Part shown: piece by piece, positions 41,801 to 57,244 of the stretch
Numbering within the stretch: the first letter of the stretch is position 1
How the letters are laid out: the number at the start of each line of letters is the position of its first letter
Assembly (NCBI RefSeq): GCF_009914755.1
Contig: NC_060933.1
From: the human T2T-CHM13v2.0 reference genome, Homo sapiens
DNA length: 64,000 nucleotides
Direction: 5' to 3' (one strand)
Translations under genes and position numbers: made by a program
The notes under the pieces: model-generated
Seen by the model: the letters and a program-made list of their open reading frames with translations, nothing else
What the model was told of the DNA's origin: nothing
Database searches by the model: none

Positions 41801-44800
41801 TTCCATTCCACTCGGGTTGATTCCATTCTATTAGTTTCCATTCCATTCCATTCCCTTCCATTGTATTCGGGTTAATTCCATTCCATTCCATTCCATTCCA
41901 TTCCATTCCATTCCATTCCATTACAATCGAGTTGATTCCATTCCATTCCATTCCATTCCATTCCAGTCCTTTCCATTCCATTCCACTCGGGTTGATTCCA
42001 TTCTATTAGTTTCCATTCCATTCCATTCCCTTCCATTCCACTCTTGTTGATTCCATTCCTTTCCATTCCACTCGAATACATTCCCTCCTATTCCACTCGG
42101 AACGATTCCATTCCATTCCATTCCATTCCATTCCATTCCATTCCATTTCGTTCCATTCCATTCTATTCCGTATCATTCCATTCCATTCCATTCCATTCCA
42201 TTCCATTCCATTCCATTGTACTCGGGTTGATTCCATTCCATTGCATTCCATTCCATTCCATTCCATTCCATTCCGTTGCATTCCATTCCATTACATTCGA
42301 ATTGATTCTATTCAACTCCCTTACTCTCCATTACATTACATTCCATTCGGGTTGTTCCATTCCATTCCATTCCATTCCACTCCATTCCATTGCACTCGGG
42401 TTGATTCCATTCCATTCCATTCCATTCCATTCCATTCCATTCCATTCCGGATGATTCCATTCCATTGCATTCCGTTCCATTACATTCCCCTGCACTCACG
42501 TTGATTCCATTCCATTCCATTCCATTCCATTCCATTCAATTCCATTCCATTACAATTCGTTCCATTCCATTCTATTCCGTACCATTCCATTCCATTCCAT
42601 ACCATTCCATTCCGTTCCATTCCGTTCCGTTCCGTTCCATTCCATTCCATTCCATTCTATTCGGGTTAATTCCATTCCATTCCATTCGATTGCAATCGGG
42701 ATGATTCCATTCCATTCCATTCCATTCCATTCCATTCCATTCCATTCCATTACAGTCGAGTTGATTCCATTCCATTCCATTCCATTCCATTCCAGTCCTT
42801 TCCATTCCATTCCACTCGGGTTGATTCCATTCTATTAGTTTCCATTCCATTCCATTCCCTTCCATTCCACTCTGGTTGATTCCATTCCTTTCCATTCCAC
42901 TCGAATACATTCCCTCCTATTCCACTCGGAACGATTCCATTCCATTCCATTCCATTCCTTTCCATTCAATTCCATTTCGTTCCATTCCATTCTATTCCGT
43001 ATCATTCCATTCCATTCCATTCCATTCCATTCCATTCCATTCCATTCCATTGTACTTGGGTTGATTCCATTCCGTTGCATTCCATTCCATTCCATTCCAT
43101 TCCATTCCGTTGCATTCCATTCCATTACATTCGGATTGATTCTATTCAACTCCCTTACTCTCCATTACATTCCATTCCATTCGGGTTGTTCCATTCCATT
43201 CCATTCCATTCCACTCCATTCCATTGCACTCGGGTTGATTCCATTCCATTCCATTCCATTCCATTCCATTCCGGATGATTCCATTCCATTGCATTCCGTT
43301 CCATTACATTCCCCTGCACTCGCGTTGATTCCATTCCATTCCATTCCATTACATTCAATTCCATTCCATTACAATTCGTTCCATTCCATTCTATTCCGTA
43401 CCATTCCATTCCATTCCATACCATTCCATTCCATTCCGTCCCATTCCATTCCGTTCCATTCCGTTCCATTCCATTCCATTCCATTCTATTCGGATTAATT
43501 GCATTCCATTCCATTTCATTCCATTCTATTCCATTCCATTGCAATCGAGTTGAATCCATTGCATTTCATTCCATTCCATTCCATTCCATTCCATTACGGA
43601 AGTTTCCATTCCATTGCATTCCATTCCATTCCATTCCCCTGCACTCGCGTTGATTCCATTCCATTCCATTCCATTCCATTCCGTTCCGTTCCATTCCATT
43701 CCATTCCATTCCGTTCCGTTCCATTCCATTCCATTCCATTCTATTTGGGTTAATTCCATTCCATTCCATTCGATTGCAATCGAGATGATTCCATTCCATT
43801 CCATTCCATTGCATTCCATTCCATTCCAATCCTTTCCATTCCATTACGGATGATTCCATTCCATTGCATTCCATTCCATTCCATTCCCCTGTACTCTGGT
43901 TGATTCCATTCCATTCCATTCCAATCCATGCCATTCCACTCGTGTTGATTCCATTCTTTCCATTCCATTCAAGTTGATTCCATTCCATTGCATTCCATTC
44001 CATTCGATTCCATTCGATTGCACTCGAGTTGATTCCATTCCATTGCATTCCATTCCATTCCATTCCATTCCATTCCATTCCATTCCATTCCGTTCCATTC
44101 CATTCCATTACATTCGGATTGATTCTATTCAACTCCCTTACTCTCCATTACATTCCATTCCATTCGGGTTGTTCCATTCCATTCCATTCCATTCCACTCC
44201 ATTCCATTGCACTCGGGTTGATTCCATTCCATTCCATTCAATTCCATTCCATTCCATTCCGTTCCGGAAGATTCCATTCCATTGCATTCCATTCCATTCC
44301 ATTCCCCTGCACTCGCGTTGATTCCATTCCATTCCATTCTATTCCATTCCATTCCCTTCCTTTCCGTTCCATTCCATTCCATTCCATTCCATTCCATTCC
44401 GTTCCATTCCATTCCATTCCATTCTATTCGGGTTAATTCCATTCCATTCCATTCGAATGCAATCTAGTTGATTCCATTCCATTCCATTCCATTCCATTCC
44501 ATTCCATTCCATTCCATTCCATTACGGATGATTCCATTCCATTGCATTCCATTCCATTCCATTCCCCTGTACTCGGGTTGATTCCATTCCATTCCATTCC
44601 AATCCATGTCATTCCACTCGTGTTGATTCCATTCTTTCCATTCCATTCAAGTTGAATCCATTCCATTGCATTCCATTCCATTCGATTCCATTCGATTGCA
44701 CTCGGGTTGATTCCATTCCATTGCATTCCATTCCATTCCATTCCATTCCATTCCATTCCATTCCATTCCGTTCCATTCCATTCCATTACATTCGGATTGA

Positions 44801-45944
44801 TTCTATTCAATTCCCTTACACTCCATTACATTCCATTCCATTCGGGTAGTTTCCATTCCATTCCATTCCATTCCTCTCCATTTCATTGAACTCGGGTTGA
44901 TTCCATTCCTTTGCATTCCATTCCATTCCATTCCATTCAATTCCGTTCCATTCCATTCCATTACATTCGGATAGATTCTATTCAACTCCCTTACTCTCCA
45001 TTACATTCCATTCCATTCGGGTTGTTCCATTCCATTCCATTCCATTCCACTCCATTCCATTGCACTCGGGTTTATTCCATACCATTCCATTCCATTCCAT
45101 TCAATTCCATTCCATTCCGGAAGATTCCATTCCATTGCATTCCATTCCATTCCATTCCCCTGCACTCGCGTTGATTCCATTCCATTCCATTCCATTCCAT
45201 TCCGTTCCTTTCCGTTCCATTCCATTCCATTCCGTTCCGTTCCATTCCATTCCATTCCATTCTATTCGGGTTAATTCCATTCCATTCCATTCGATTGCAA
45301 TCGAGTTGATTCCATTCCATTCCATTCCATTCCATTCCATTCCTTTCCATTCCATTCCATTCCTTTCCATTCCATTACGGATGATTCCATTCCATTGCAT
45401 TCCATTCCATTCCATTTCCCTCTACTCGGGTTGATTCCATTCCATTCCATTCCAATCCATGCCATTCCACTCGTGTTGATTCCATTCTTTCCCTTCCATT
45501 CAAGTTGAATCCATTCCATTGCATTCCATTCCATTCCATTCCCCTGCAGTCGGGTTGATTCCATTCCATTCCATTCCATTCCATTCCATTCCATTCCATT
45601 CCATTCCGATCAAGTTGATTCCATTCCATTCCATTCCATTGCATTCCATTCCATTCCACTCCATTCCAGTCCTTTCCATTCCCTTCCACTCGGGTTGATT
45701 CCAATGTATTCCTTTCCATTCCATTCCATTCCATTGCAATGGAGTTGATTCCATTGCTTTGCATTCCATTCCATTCGATTCCATTCCGGATGATTCCATT
45801 CCATTGCATTGTATTCCATTCCATTCCCCTGCACTCGGGTTGATTCCATTCCATTCCACTCCATTCCATTCCATTCCATTCCATTCCAATGTATTCGGGT
45901 TAATTCCATTCCATTCCATTCCATTCCATTCCATTCCATTACAA
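35866..45944 (+). repeat. ~10.08-kb tandem duplication within the satellite, copy 1
   Basis: Rare variants recur in order at an offset of about 10,074-10,089 bp: CATAACACT 36082/46171; GAATACATTCCCTCC 38369/48453, 42074/52163, 42903/52987; CTCGGGTAG 39613/49692; CGGATTAATTGC 43491/53570. Near-identical ORF translations also pair up (39658/49737, 40078/50157, 43974/54053). Confidence 0.93.
38925..39470 (+). repeat. ~309-bp tandem duplication, nested in the 10-kb duplication (counterpart ~49005-49555)
   Basis: TACGGATGAT at 39021/39330 and at 49110/49419, each followed by CCCCTGTACTCGGG...AATCCATGCC...TTCAAGTTG. Confidence 0.8.
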
Positions 45945-48900
45945 TCGAGTTGATTCCATTCCATTCCATTCCATTCCATTGCATTCCATTCCATGCCATT
46001 CCACTCGGGTTGATTCCATTCCTTTGCATTCCATTCCATTCCATTCCATTCCATTCCATTCCATTCCATTCCGTTGCATTCCATTCCATTACATTCCGAT
46101 TGATTCTATTCAACTCCCTTACTCTCCATTACATTCCATTCCATTCGGGTTGTTCCATTCCATTCCATTCCATAACACTCCATTCCATTGCACTCGGGTT
46201 GATTCCATTCCATTCCATTCCATTCCATTCCATTCCATTCCGGATGATTCCATTCCATTGCATTCCGTTCCATTACATTCCCCTGCACTCGCGTTGATTC
46301 CATTCCATTCCATTCCATTCCATTCAATTCCATTCCATTACAATTCGTTCCATTCCATTCTATTCCGTACCATTCCATTCCATTCCATACCATTCCATTC
46401 CATTCCATTCCATTCCGTTCCATTCCGTTCCATTCCATTCCATTCCATTCTATTCGGGTTAATTCCATTCCATCCAATTCCATTCCATTCTATTCCATTC
46501 CATTGCAATCGAGTTGAATCCATTGCATTTCATTCCGTTCCATTCCATTCCATTGCGGAAGATTCCATTCCATTGCATTCCATTCCATTCCATTCCCCTG
46601 CACTCGCGTTGATTCCATTCCGTTCCATTCCATTCCATTCCGTTCCGTTCCGCTCCGTTCCATTCCATTCCATTCCATTCCATTCCGTTCCGTTCCATTC
46701 CATTCCATTCCATTCTATTCGGGTTAATTTCATTCCATTCCATTCGATTGCAATCGTGTTGATTCCATTCCATTCCATTCCATTCCATTCCATTCCATTC
46801 CATTCCTTTCCATTCCATTACGGATGATTCCATTCCATTGCATTCCATTCCATTCCATTCCCCTGTACTCGGGTTGATTCCATTCCATTGCATTCCAATC
46901 CATGCCCTTCCACTCGTGTTGATTCCATTCTTTCCATTCCATTCAAGTTGAATCCATTCCATTGCATTCCATTCCATTCGATTCCATTCGATTGCACTCG
47001 GGTTGATTCCATTCCATTGCATTCCATTCCATTCCTTTCCATTCTATTCCATTCCGTTCCATTCCATTCCATTACATTCGGATTGATTCTATTCAATTCC
47101 CTTACACTCCATTACATTCCATTCCATTCGGGTAGTTTCCATTCCATTCCATTCCATTCCTCTCCATTCCATTGCACTCGGGTTGATTCCATTCCATTGC
47201 ATTCCATTCCATTCCATTCAATTCCATTCCGTTCCATTCCATTCGATTACATTCGGATTGATACTATTCATCTCCCTTAGTCTCCATTACATTCCATTCC
47301 ATTCGGGTTGTTCCATTCCATTCCATTCCATTCCACTCCATTCCATTGCACTCGGGTTGATTCCATTCCATTCCATTCCATTCCATTCCATTCCATTCCA
47401 TTCCGGAAGATTCCATTCCATTGCATTCCATTCCATTCCATTCCCCTGCACTCGCGTTGATTCCATTCCATTCCATTCCATTCCATTCCATTCCATTCCA
47501 TTCCATTCCTTTCCATTCCGTTCCGTTCCGTTCCGTTCCGTTCCGTTCCGTTCCATTCCATTCCATTCCATTCTATTCGGGTTAATTCCATTCCATTCCA
47601 TTCGATTGCAATCGAGTTGATTCCATTCCATTCCATTCCATTCCATTCCATTCCATTCCATTCCTTTCCATTCCATTACGGATGATTCCATTCCATTGCA
47701 TTGCATTCCATTCCATTCCCCTGTACTCGGGTTGATTCCATTCCATTCCATTCCAATCCATGCCATTCCACTCGTGTTGATTCCATTCTTTCCATTCCAT
47801 TCAAGTTGAATCCATTCCATTGCATTCCATTCCATTCCATTCCCCTGCAGTCGGGATGATTCCATTCCATTCCATTCCATTCCATTCCATTCCATTCCGT
47901 TCCGTTCCGTTCCATTTCATTCCATTCCTTTCTACTTGGGTTAATTCCATTCCATTCCATTCCATTCCATTCCATTCCATTCCAATCGAGTTGATTCCAT
48001 TCCATTCCATTCCATTCCATTCCACTCCATTCCAGTCCTTTCCATTCCATTCCACTCGGGTTGATTCCAATGTATTCCTTTCCATTCCATTCCATTCCAT
48101 TGCAATCGAGTTGATTCCATTGCTTTGCATTCCATTCCATTCCATTCCATTCAGGATGATTCCATTCCATTGCATTCCATTCCATTCCATTCCCCTGCAC
48201 TCGTGTTGATTCCATTCCATTTCACTCCATTCCGTTCCATTCCATTCCATTCCATTGTATTCGGGTTAATTCCATTCCATTCCATTCCATTCCATTCCAT
48301 TCCATTCCAATCGAGTTGATTCCATTCCATTCCATTCCATTCCAGTCCTTTCCATTCCATTCCACTCGGGTTGATTCCATTCTATTAGTTTCCATTCCAT
48401 TCCATTCCCTTCCATTCCACTCTGGTTGATTCCATTCCTTTCCATTCCACTCGAATACATTCCCTCCTATTCCACTCGGAACGATTCCATTCCATTCCAT
48501 TCCATTCCATTCCATTCCATTTCGTTCCATTCCATTCTATTCCGTATCATTCCATTCCATTGCATTCCATTCCATTCTATTCCATTCCATTCCGTTGCAT
48601 TCCATTCCATTACATTCGGAATGATTCTATTCAACTCCCTTACTCTCCATTACATTCCATTCCATTCGGGTTGTTCCATTCCATTCCATTCCATTCCACT
48701 CCATTCCATTGCACTCGGGTTGATTCCATTCCATTCCATTCCATTCCATTCCATTCCAGTCCGGATGATTCCATTCCATTGCATTCCGTTCCATTACATT
48801 CCCCTGCACTCGCGTTGTTTCCATTCCATTCCATTCCATTCCATTCAATTCCATTCCATTACAATTCGTTCCATTCCATTCTATTCCGTACCATTCCATT

Positions 48901-51900
48901 CCATTCCATACCATTCCATTCCACTCCATTCCATTCCATTCCGTTCCATTCCGTTCCATTCCATTCCATTCCATTCCGTTCCGTTCCATTCCATTGCATT
49001 CCTTTCTATTCGGGTTAATTCCATTCCATTCCATTCGATTGCAATCGAGTTGATTCCATTCCATTCCATTCCATTCCATTCCATTCCATTCCATTCCTTT
49101 CCATTCCATTACGGATGATTCCATTCCATTGCATTCCATTCCATTCCATTCCCCTGTACTCGGGTTGATTCCATTCCATTCCATTCCAATCCATGCCATT
49201 CCACTCGTGTTGTTTCCATTCTTTCCATTCCATTCAAGTTGATTCCATTCCATTGCATTCCATTCCATTCCGTTCCGTTCCATTCCATTCCATTCCATTC
49301 CATTCCGTTCCGTTCCATTCCATTCCATTCTATTCGGGTTAATTCCATTCCATTCCATTCGATTGCAATCGAGTTGATTCCATTCCATTCCATTCCATTC
49401 CATTCCTTTCCATTCCATTACGGATGATTCCATTCCATTGCATTCCATTCCATTCCATTCCCCTGTACTCGGGTTGATTCCATTCCATTCCATTCCAATC
49501 CATGCCATTCCACTCTTGTTGATTCCATTCTTTCCATTCCATTCAAGTTGAATCCATTCCATTGCATTCCATTCCATTCCATTCCCCTGCAGTCGGGTTG
49601 ATTCCATTCCATTCCATTCCATTCCATTCCATTCCATTCCATTCCGGATGATTCCTTTCCATTGCATTCCATTCCATTCCATTCCCCTGTACTCGGGTAG
49701 ATTCCATTCCATTCCATTCCACTCCATTCGGTTCCGTTGCATTCCATTCTATTGCATTCCATTCTATTCGGGTTAATTCCATTCCATTCTATTCCATTCC
49801 ATTCCATTCCATTCCATTGCAATGGAGTTGATTCCATTCCATTCCATTCCATTCCGGATGATTCCATTCCATTGAATTCCATTCCATTCCATTCTCCTGC
49901 ACTCGTGTTGATTCCATTCCCTTCCATTCCATTCCATTCCGTTCCATTCCATTCCATTCCATTCTATTCCGGTTAATTCCATTCCATTCCATTCCATTCC
50001 ATTCCATTCCATTGCAATCGAGTTGATTCCATTCCATTCCTTTCATTCCATTCCATTGACTTGCATTCCACTCGGGTTGATTCCATTCCCTTCTTTCCAC
50101 TCCATTACATTCCCTTCCATGATTGATTCCATTCCATTCCTTTCCATTCCATTCCATTGCCTTGCATTCCAATCGGGTTGATTCCATTCCCTTCTTTCCA
50201 CTCCATTACATTCCCTTCCATTCCACTCGGAATGATTGATTCCATTCCATTCCATTCCATTTCATTCCATTGCAATCCATTCCAATCCATTCCATTCCAT
50301 TCCACTCGAGTTGAATTCATTCCATTCCTTTCCATTCCATTCCATTCCTTTCCACTCGAGTTGATTCCATTCCATTCCAATCCATTGCATTCCATTCCAT
50401 GCCATTCCACTCGGGTTGATTCCATTCCTTTGCATTCCATTCCATTCCATTCCATTCCATTCCATTCCATTCCATTCCATTCCATTCCATTCCGTTGCAT
50501 TCCATTCCATTACATTCGAATTGATTCTATTCAACTCCCTTACTCTCCATTACATTCCATTCCATTCGGGTTGTTCCATTCCATTCCATTCCATTCCACT
50601 CCATTCCATTCCATTCCTCTCCATTCCATTGCACTCGGGTTGATTCCATTCCATTGCATTCCATTCCATTCCATTCAATTCCATTCCGTTCCATTCCATT
50701 CCATTACATTCGGATTGATTCTATTCAACTCCCTTACTCTCCATTACATTCGATTCCATTCGGGTTGTTCCATTCCATTCCATTCCATTCCACTCCATTC
50801 CATTGCACTCGGGTTGATTCCATTCCATTCCATTCCATTCCGGAGGATTCCATTCCATTACATTACATTACATTACATTCCCCTGCACTCGCGTTGATTC
50901 CATTCCATTCCATTCCATTCCATTCCATTCCATTCCATTCCTTTCCGTTCCATTCCATTCAATTCCATTCCGTTCCGTTCCTATCCGTTCCGTTCAATTC
51001 CATTCCATTCCATTCTATTCGGGTTAATTCCATTCCATTCCATTCGATTGCGATCGAGTTGATTCCATTCCATTCCATTCCATTCCATTCTTTTCAATTC
51101 CATTACGGATGATTCCATTCCATTGCATTCCATTCCATTCCATTCCCCTGTACTCGGGTTGATTCCATTCCATTCCATTCCAATCCATGCCATTCCACTC
51201 GTGTTGATTCCATTCTTTCCATTGCATTCAAGTTGAATCCATTCCATTGCATTCCATTCCATTCGATTCCATTCGATTGCACTCGGGTTGATTCCATACC
51301 ATTGCATTCCATTCCATTCCATTTCATTCCATTCCATTCCTTTCCATTCCATTCCATTCCATTCCATTCCATTCCATTCCATTGCAATCGAGTTGATTCC
51401 ATTCCATTCCATTCCATTCCATTCCATTCCATTGCAATCGAGTTGATTCCATTCCATTCCTTTCCATTCCATTCCATTGCCTTGCATTCCAATCGGGTTG
51501 ATTCTATTCCCTTCTTTCCACTCCATTACATTCCCTTCCATTCCACTCGGAATGATTGATTCCATTCCATTCCATTCCATTTCATTCGGTTGCAATCCAT
51601 TCCAATCTATTCCATTCCATTCCATTCCACTCGAGTTGATTTCATTCCATTCCTTTCCATTCCATTCCATTCCTTTCCACTCGAGTTGATTCCATTCCAT
51701 TCCATTCCATTGCATTCCATTCCATGCCATTCCACTCGGGTTGATTCCATTCCATTGCATTCCATTCCATTCCATTCCATTGTATTCGGGTTAATTCCAT
51801 TCCATTCCATTCCATTCCATTCCATTCCATTCCATTCCATTCCATTACAATCGAGTTGATTCCATTCCATTCCATTCCATTCCAGTCCTTTCCATTCCAT

Positions 51901-54900
51901 TCCACTCGGGTTGATTCCATTCTATTAGTTTCCATTCCATTCCATTCCCTTCCATTGTATTCGGGTTAATTCCATTCCATTCCATTCCATTCCATTCCAT
52001 TCCATTCCATTACAATCGAGTTGATTCCATTCCATTCCATTCCATTCCATTCCAGTCCTTTCCATTCCACTCCACTCGGGTTGATTCCATTCTATTAGTT
52101 TCCATTCCATTCCATTCCCTTCCATTCCACTCTTGTTGATTCCATTCCTTTCCATTCCACTCGAATACATTCCCTCCTATTCCACTCGGAACGATTCCAT
52201 TCCATTCCATTCCATTCCATTCCATTCCATTCCATTTCGTTCCATTCCATTCTATTCCGTATCATTCCATTCCATTCCATTCCATTCCATTCCATTCCAT
52301 TGTACTCGGTTTGATTCCATTCCATTGCATTCCATTCCATTCGATTCCATTCCATTCCGTTGCATTCCATTCCATTACATTCGAATTGATTCTATTCAAC
52401 TCCCTTACTCTCCATTACATTACATTCCATTCGGGTTGTTCCATTCCATTCCATTCCATTCCACTCCATTCCATTGCACTCGGGTTGATTCCATTCCATT
52501 CCATTCCATTCCATTCCATTCCATTCCATTCCATTCCGGATGATTCCATTCCATTGCATTCCGTTCCATTACATTCCCCTGCACTCACGTTGATTCCATT
52601 CCATTCCATTCCATTCCATTCCATTCAATTCCATTCCATTACAATTCGTTCCATTCCATTCTATTCCGTACCATTCCATTCCATTCCATACCATTCCATT
52701 CCATTCCATTCCGTTCCGTTCCGTTCCATTCCATTCCATTCCATTCTATTCGGGTTAATTCCATTCCATTCCATTCGATTGCAATCGGGTTGATTCCATT
52801 CCATTCCATTCCATTCCATTCCATTCCATTCCATTCCATTACAATCGAGTTGATTCCATTCCATTCCATTCCATTCCAGTCCTTTCCATTCCATTCCACT
52901 CGGGTTGATTCCATTCTATTAGTTTCCATTCCATTCCATTCCCTTCCATTCCACTCTGGTTGATTCCATTCCTTTCCATTCCACTCGAATACATTCCCTC
53001 CTATTCCACTCGGAACGATTCCATTCCATTCCATTCCATTCCTTTCCATTCAATTCCATTTCGTTCCATTCCATTCTATTCCGTATCATTCCATTCCATT
53101 CCATTCCATTCCATTCCATTCCATTCCATTGTTCTCGGGTTGATTCCATTCCGTTGCATTCCATTCCATTCCATTCCATTCCATTCCGTTGCATTCCATT
53201 CCATTACATTCGGATTGATTCTATTCAACTCCCTTACTCTCCATTACATTCCATTCCATTCGGGTTGTTCCATTCCATTCCATTCCATTCCACTCCATTC
53301 CATTGCACTCGGGTTGATTCCATTCCATTCCATTCCATTCCATTCCATTGCGGATGATTCCATTCCATTGCATTCCGTTCCATTACATTCCCCTGCACTC
53401 GCGTTGATTCCATTCCATTCCATTCCATTACATTCAATTCCATTCCATTACAATTCGTTTCATTCCATTCTATTCCGTACCATTCCATTCCATTCCATAC
53501 CATTCCATTCCATTCCGTCCCATTCCATTCCGTTCCATTCCGTTCCATTCCATTCCATTCCATTCTATTCGGATTAATTGCATTCCATTCCATTTCATTC
53601 CATTCTATTCCATTCCATTGCAATCGAGTTGAATCCATTGCATTTCATTCCATTCCATTCCATTCCATTCCATTACGGAAGTTTCCATTCCATTGCATTC
53701 CATTCCATTCCATTCCCCTGCACTCGCGTTGATTCCATTCCATTCCATTCCATTCCATTCCGTTCCGTTCCATTCCATTCCATTCCATTCTGTTCCGTTC
53801 CATTCCATTCCATTCCATTCTATTTGGGTTAATTCCATTCCATTCCATTCGATTGCAATCGAGTTGATTCCATTCCATTCCATTCCATTGCATTCCATTC
53901 CATTCCAATCCTTTCCATTCCATTACGGATGATTCCATTCCACTGCATTCCATTCCATTCCATTCCCCTGTACTCGGGTTGATTCCATTCCATTCCATTC
54001 CAATCCATGCCATTCCACTCTTGTTGATTCCATTCTTTCCATTCCATTCAAGTTGATTCCATTCCATTGCATTCCATTCCATTCGATTCCATTCGATTGC
54101 ACTCGAGTTGATTCCATTCCATTGCATTCCATTCCATTCCATTCCATTCCATTCCATTCCATTCCGTTCCGTTCCATTCCATTCCATTACATTCGGATTG
54201 ATTCTATTCAACTCCCTTACTCTCCATTACATTCCATTCCATTCGGGTTGTTCCATTCCATTCCATTCCATTCCACTCCATTCCATTGCACTCGGGTTGA
54301 TTCCATTCCATTCCATTCCATTCCATTCCATTCCATTCCATTCCGGAAGATTCCATTCCATTGCATTCCATTCCATTCCATTCCCCTGCACTCGCGTTGA
54401 TTCCATTCCATTCCATTCTATTCCATTCCATTCCCTTCCTTTCCGTTCCATTCCATTCCATTCCATTCCATTCCGTTCCCTTCCATTCCATTCCATTCCA
54501 TTCTATTCGGGTTAATTCCATTCCATTCCATTCGAATGCAATCGAGTTGATTCCATTCCATTCCATTCCATTCCATTCCATTCCATTCCATTCCATTCCA
54601 TTACGGATGATTCCATTCCATTGCATTCCATTCCATTCCATTCCCCTGTACTCGGGTTGATTCCATTCCATTCCATTCCAATCCATGTCATTCCACTCGT
54701 GTTGATTCCATTCTTTCCATTCCATTCAAGTTGAATCCATTCCATTGCATTCCATTCCATTCGATTCCATTCGATTGCACTCGGGTTGATTCCATTCCAT
54801 TGCATTCCATTCCATTCCATTCCATTCCATTCCATTCCATTCCGTTCCATTCCATTCCATTACATTCAGATTGATTCTATTCAATTCCCTTACACTCCAT

Positions 54901-55978
54901 TACATTCCATTCCATTCGGGTAGTTTCCATTCCATTCCATTCCATTCCTCTCCATTTCATTGAACTCGGGTTGATTCCATTCCTTTGCATTCCATTCCAT
55001 TCCATTCCATTCCATTCCATTCCATTCCGTTCCATTCCATTCCATTACATTCAGATTGATTCTATTCAATTCCCTTACTCTCCATTACATTCCATTCCAT
55101 TCGGGTTGTTCCATTCCATTCCATTCCATTCCACTCCATTCCATTGCACTCGGGTTTATTCCATACCATTCCATTCCATTCCATTCAATTCCATTCCATT
55201 CCGGAAGATTCCATTCCATTGCATTCCATTCCATTCCATTCCCCTGCACTCGCGTTGATTCCATTCCATTCCATTCCATTCCATTCCGTTCCGTTCCGTT
55301 CCATTCCATTCCATTCCATTCCATTCCGTTCCGTTCCATTCCATTCCATTCCATTCTATTCGGGTTAATTCCATTCCATTCCATTCGATTGCAATCGAGT
55401 TGATTCCATTCCATTCCATTCCATTCCATTCCATTCCTTTCCATTCCATTCCATTCCTTTCCATTCCATTACGGATGATTCCATTCCATTGCATTCCATT
55501 CCATTCCATTCCCCTGTACTCGGGTTGATTCCATTCCATTCCATTCCAATCCATGCCATTCCACTCGTGTTGATTCCATTCTTTCCCTTCCATTCAAGTT
55601 GAATCCATTCCATTGCATTCCATTCCATTCCATTCCATTCCGATCAAGTTGATTCCATTCCATTCCATTCCATTGCATTCCATTCCATTCCACTCCATTC
55701 CAGTCCTTTCCATTCCCTTCCACTCGGGTTGATTCCAATGTATTCCTTTCCATTCCATTCCATTCCATTGCAATCGAGTTGATTCCATTGCTTTGCATTC
55801 CATTCCATTCGATTCCATTCCGGATGATTCCATTCCATTGCATTGTATTCCATTCCATTCCCCTGCACTCGGGTTGATTCCATTCCATTCCACTCCATTC
55901 CATTCCATTCCATTCCATTCCATTGTATTCGGGTTAATTCCATTCCATTCCATTCCATTCCATTCCATTCCATTACAA
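45945..55978 (+). repeat. ~10.03-kb tandem duplication within the satellite, copy 2
   Basis: Collinear with 35866-45944. The offset falls to 10,034 after about 55620 because the CCCCTGCAGTCGGGTTG segment at 45541 (~50 bp) has no counterpart in copy 2 (ORF pairs 45759/55793, 45809/55843). Confidence 0.92.
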
Positions 55979-57244
55979 TCGACTTGATTCCATTCCATTC
56001 CATTCCATTCCAGTCCTTTCCATTCCATTCCACTCGGGTTGATTCCATTCTATTAGTTTCCATTCCATTCCATTCCCTTCCGTTGTATTCGGGTTAATTC
56101 CATTCCATTCCATTCCATTCCATTCCATTCCATTACAAACGAGTTGATTCCATTGCATTCCATTCCATTCCAGTCCTTTCCATTCCATTCCACTCGGGTT
56201 GATTCCATTCTATTAGTTTCCATTCCATTCCATTCCCTTCCATTCCACTCTGGTTGATTCCATTCCTTTCCATTCCACTCGAATACATTCCCTCCTATTC
56301 CACTCGGAACGATTCCATTCCATTCCATTCCATTCCTTTCCATTCAATTCCATTTCGTTCCATTCCATTCTATTCCGTATCATTCCATTCCATTCCATTC
56401 CATTCCATTCCATTCCATTCCATTCCATTGTACTCGGGTTGATTCCATTCCATTGCATTCCATTCCATTCCATTCCATTCCATTCCATTCCGTTGCATTC
56501 CATTCCATTACATTCGGATTGATTCTATTCAACTCCCTTACTCTCCATTACATTCCATTCCATTCGGGTTGTTCCATTCCATTCCATTCCATTCCACTCC
56601 ATTCCATTGCACTCGGGTTGATTCCATTCCATTCCATTCCATTCCATTCCATTCCATTCCGGATGATTCCATTCCATTGCATTCCGTTCCATTACATTCC
56701 CCTGCACTCGCGTTGATTCCATTCCATTCCATTCCATTCCATTCCATTCCATTCCATTCCATTACAATTCGTTCCATTCCATTCTATTCCGTACCATTCC
56801 ATTCTATTCCATACCATTCCATTCCATTCCATTCCATTCCATTCCATTCCAGTCTGTTCCATTCCGTTCCATTCCATTCCATTCCATTCTATTCGGATTA
56901 ATTGCATTCCATTCCATTTCATTCCATTCTATTCCATTCCATTGCAATCGAGTTGAATCCATTGCATTTCATTCCATTCCATTCCATTCCATTCCATTCC
57001 GGAAGTTTCCATTCCATTGCATTCCATTCCATTCCATTCCCCTGCACTCGCGTTGATTCCATTCCATTCCATCCATTCCATTCCGTTACGTTCCATTCCA
57101 TTCCATTCCATTCCGTTCCGTTCCATTCCATTCCATTCCATTCTATTCGGGTTAATTCCATTCCATTCCATTCGATTGCAATAGAGTTGATTCCATTCCA
57201 TTACATTCCATTCCATTCCATTCCATTCCATTCCTTTCTATTCC

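Noticed and set aside
48627-49742. Long ORFs (371 aa here, 356 aa at 20472-21542, 332 aa at 34178-35176, 312 aa at 15024-15962) encoding MEWNG or IPFHS repeats
   Set aside because: Pure (GGAAT)n and (CATTC)n contain no stop codon in any frame, and the - strand has an ATG every 5 bp, so long ORFs arise in all six frames. There is no domain, frame preference or gene context. Database 'proteins' of this kind are known satellite-derived artefacts.
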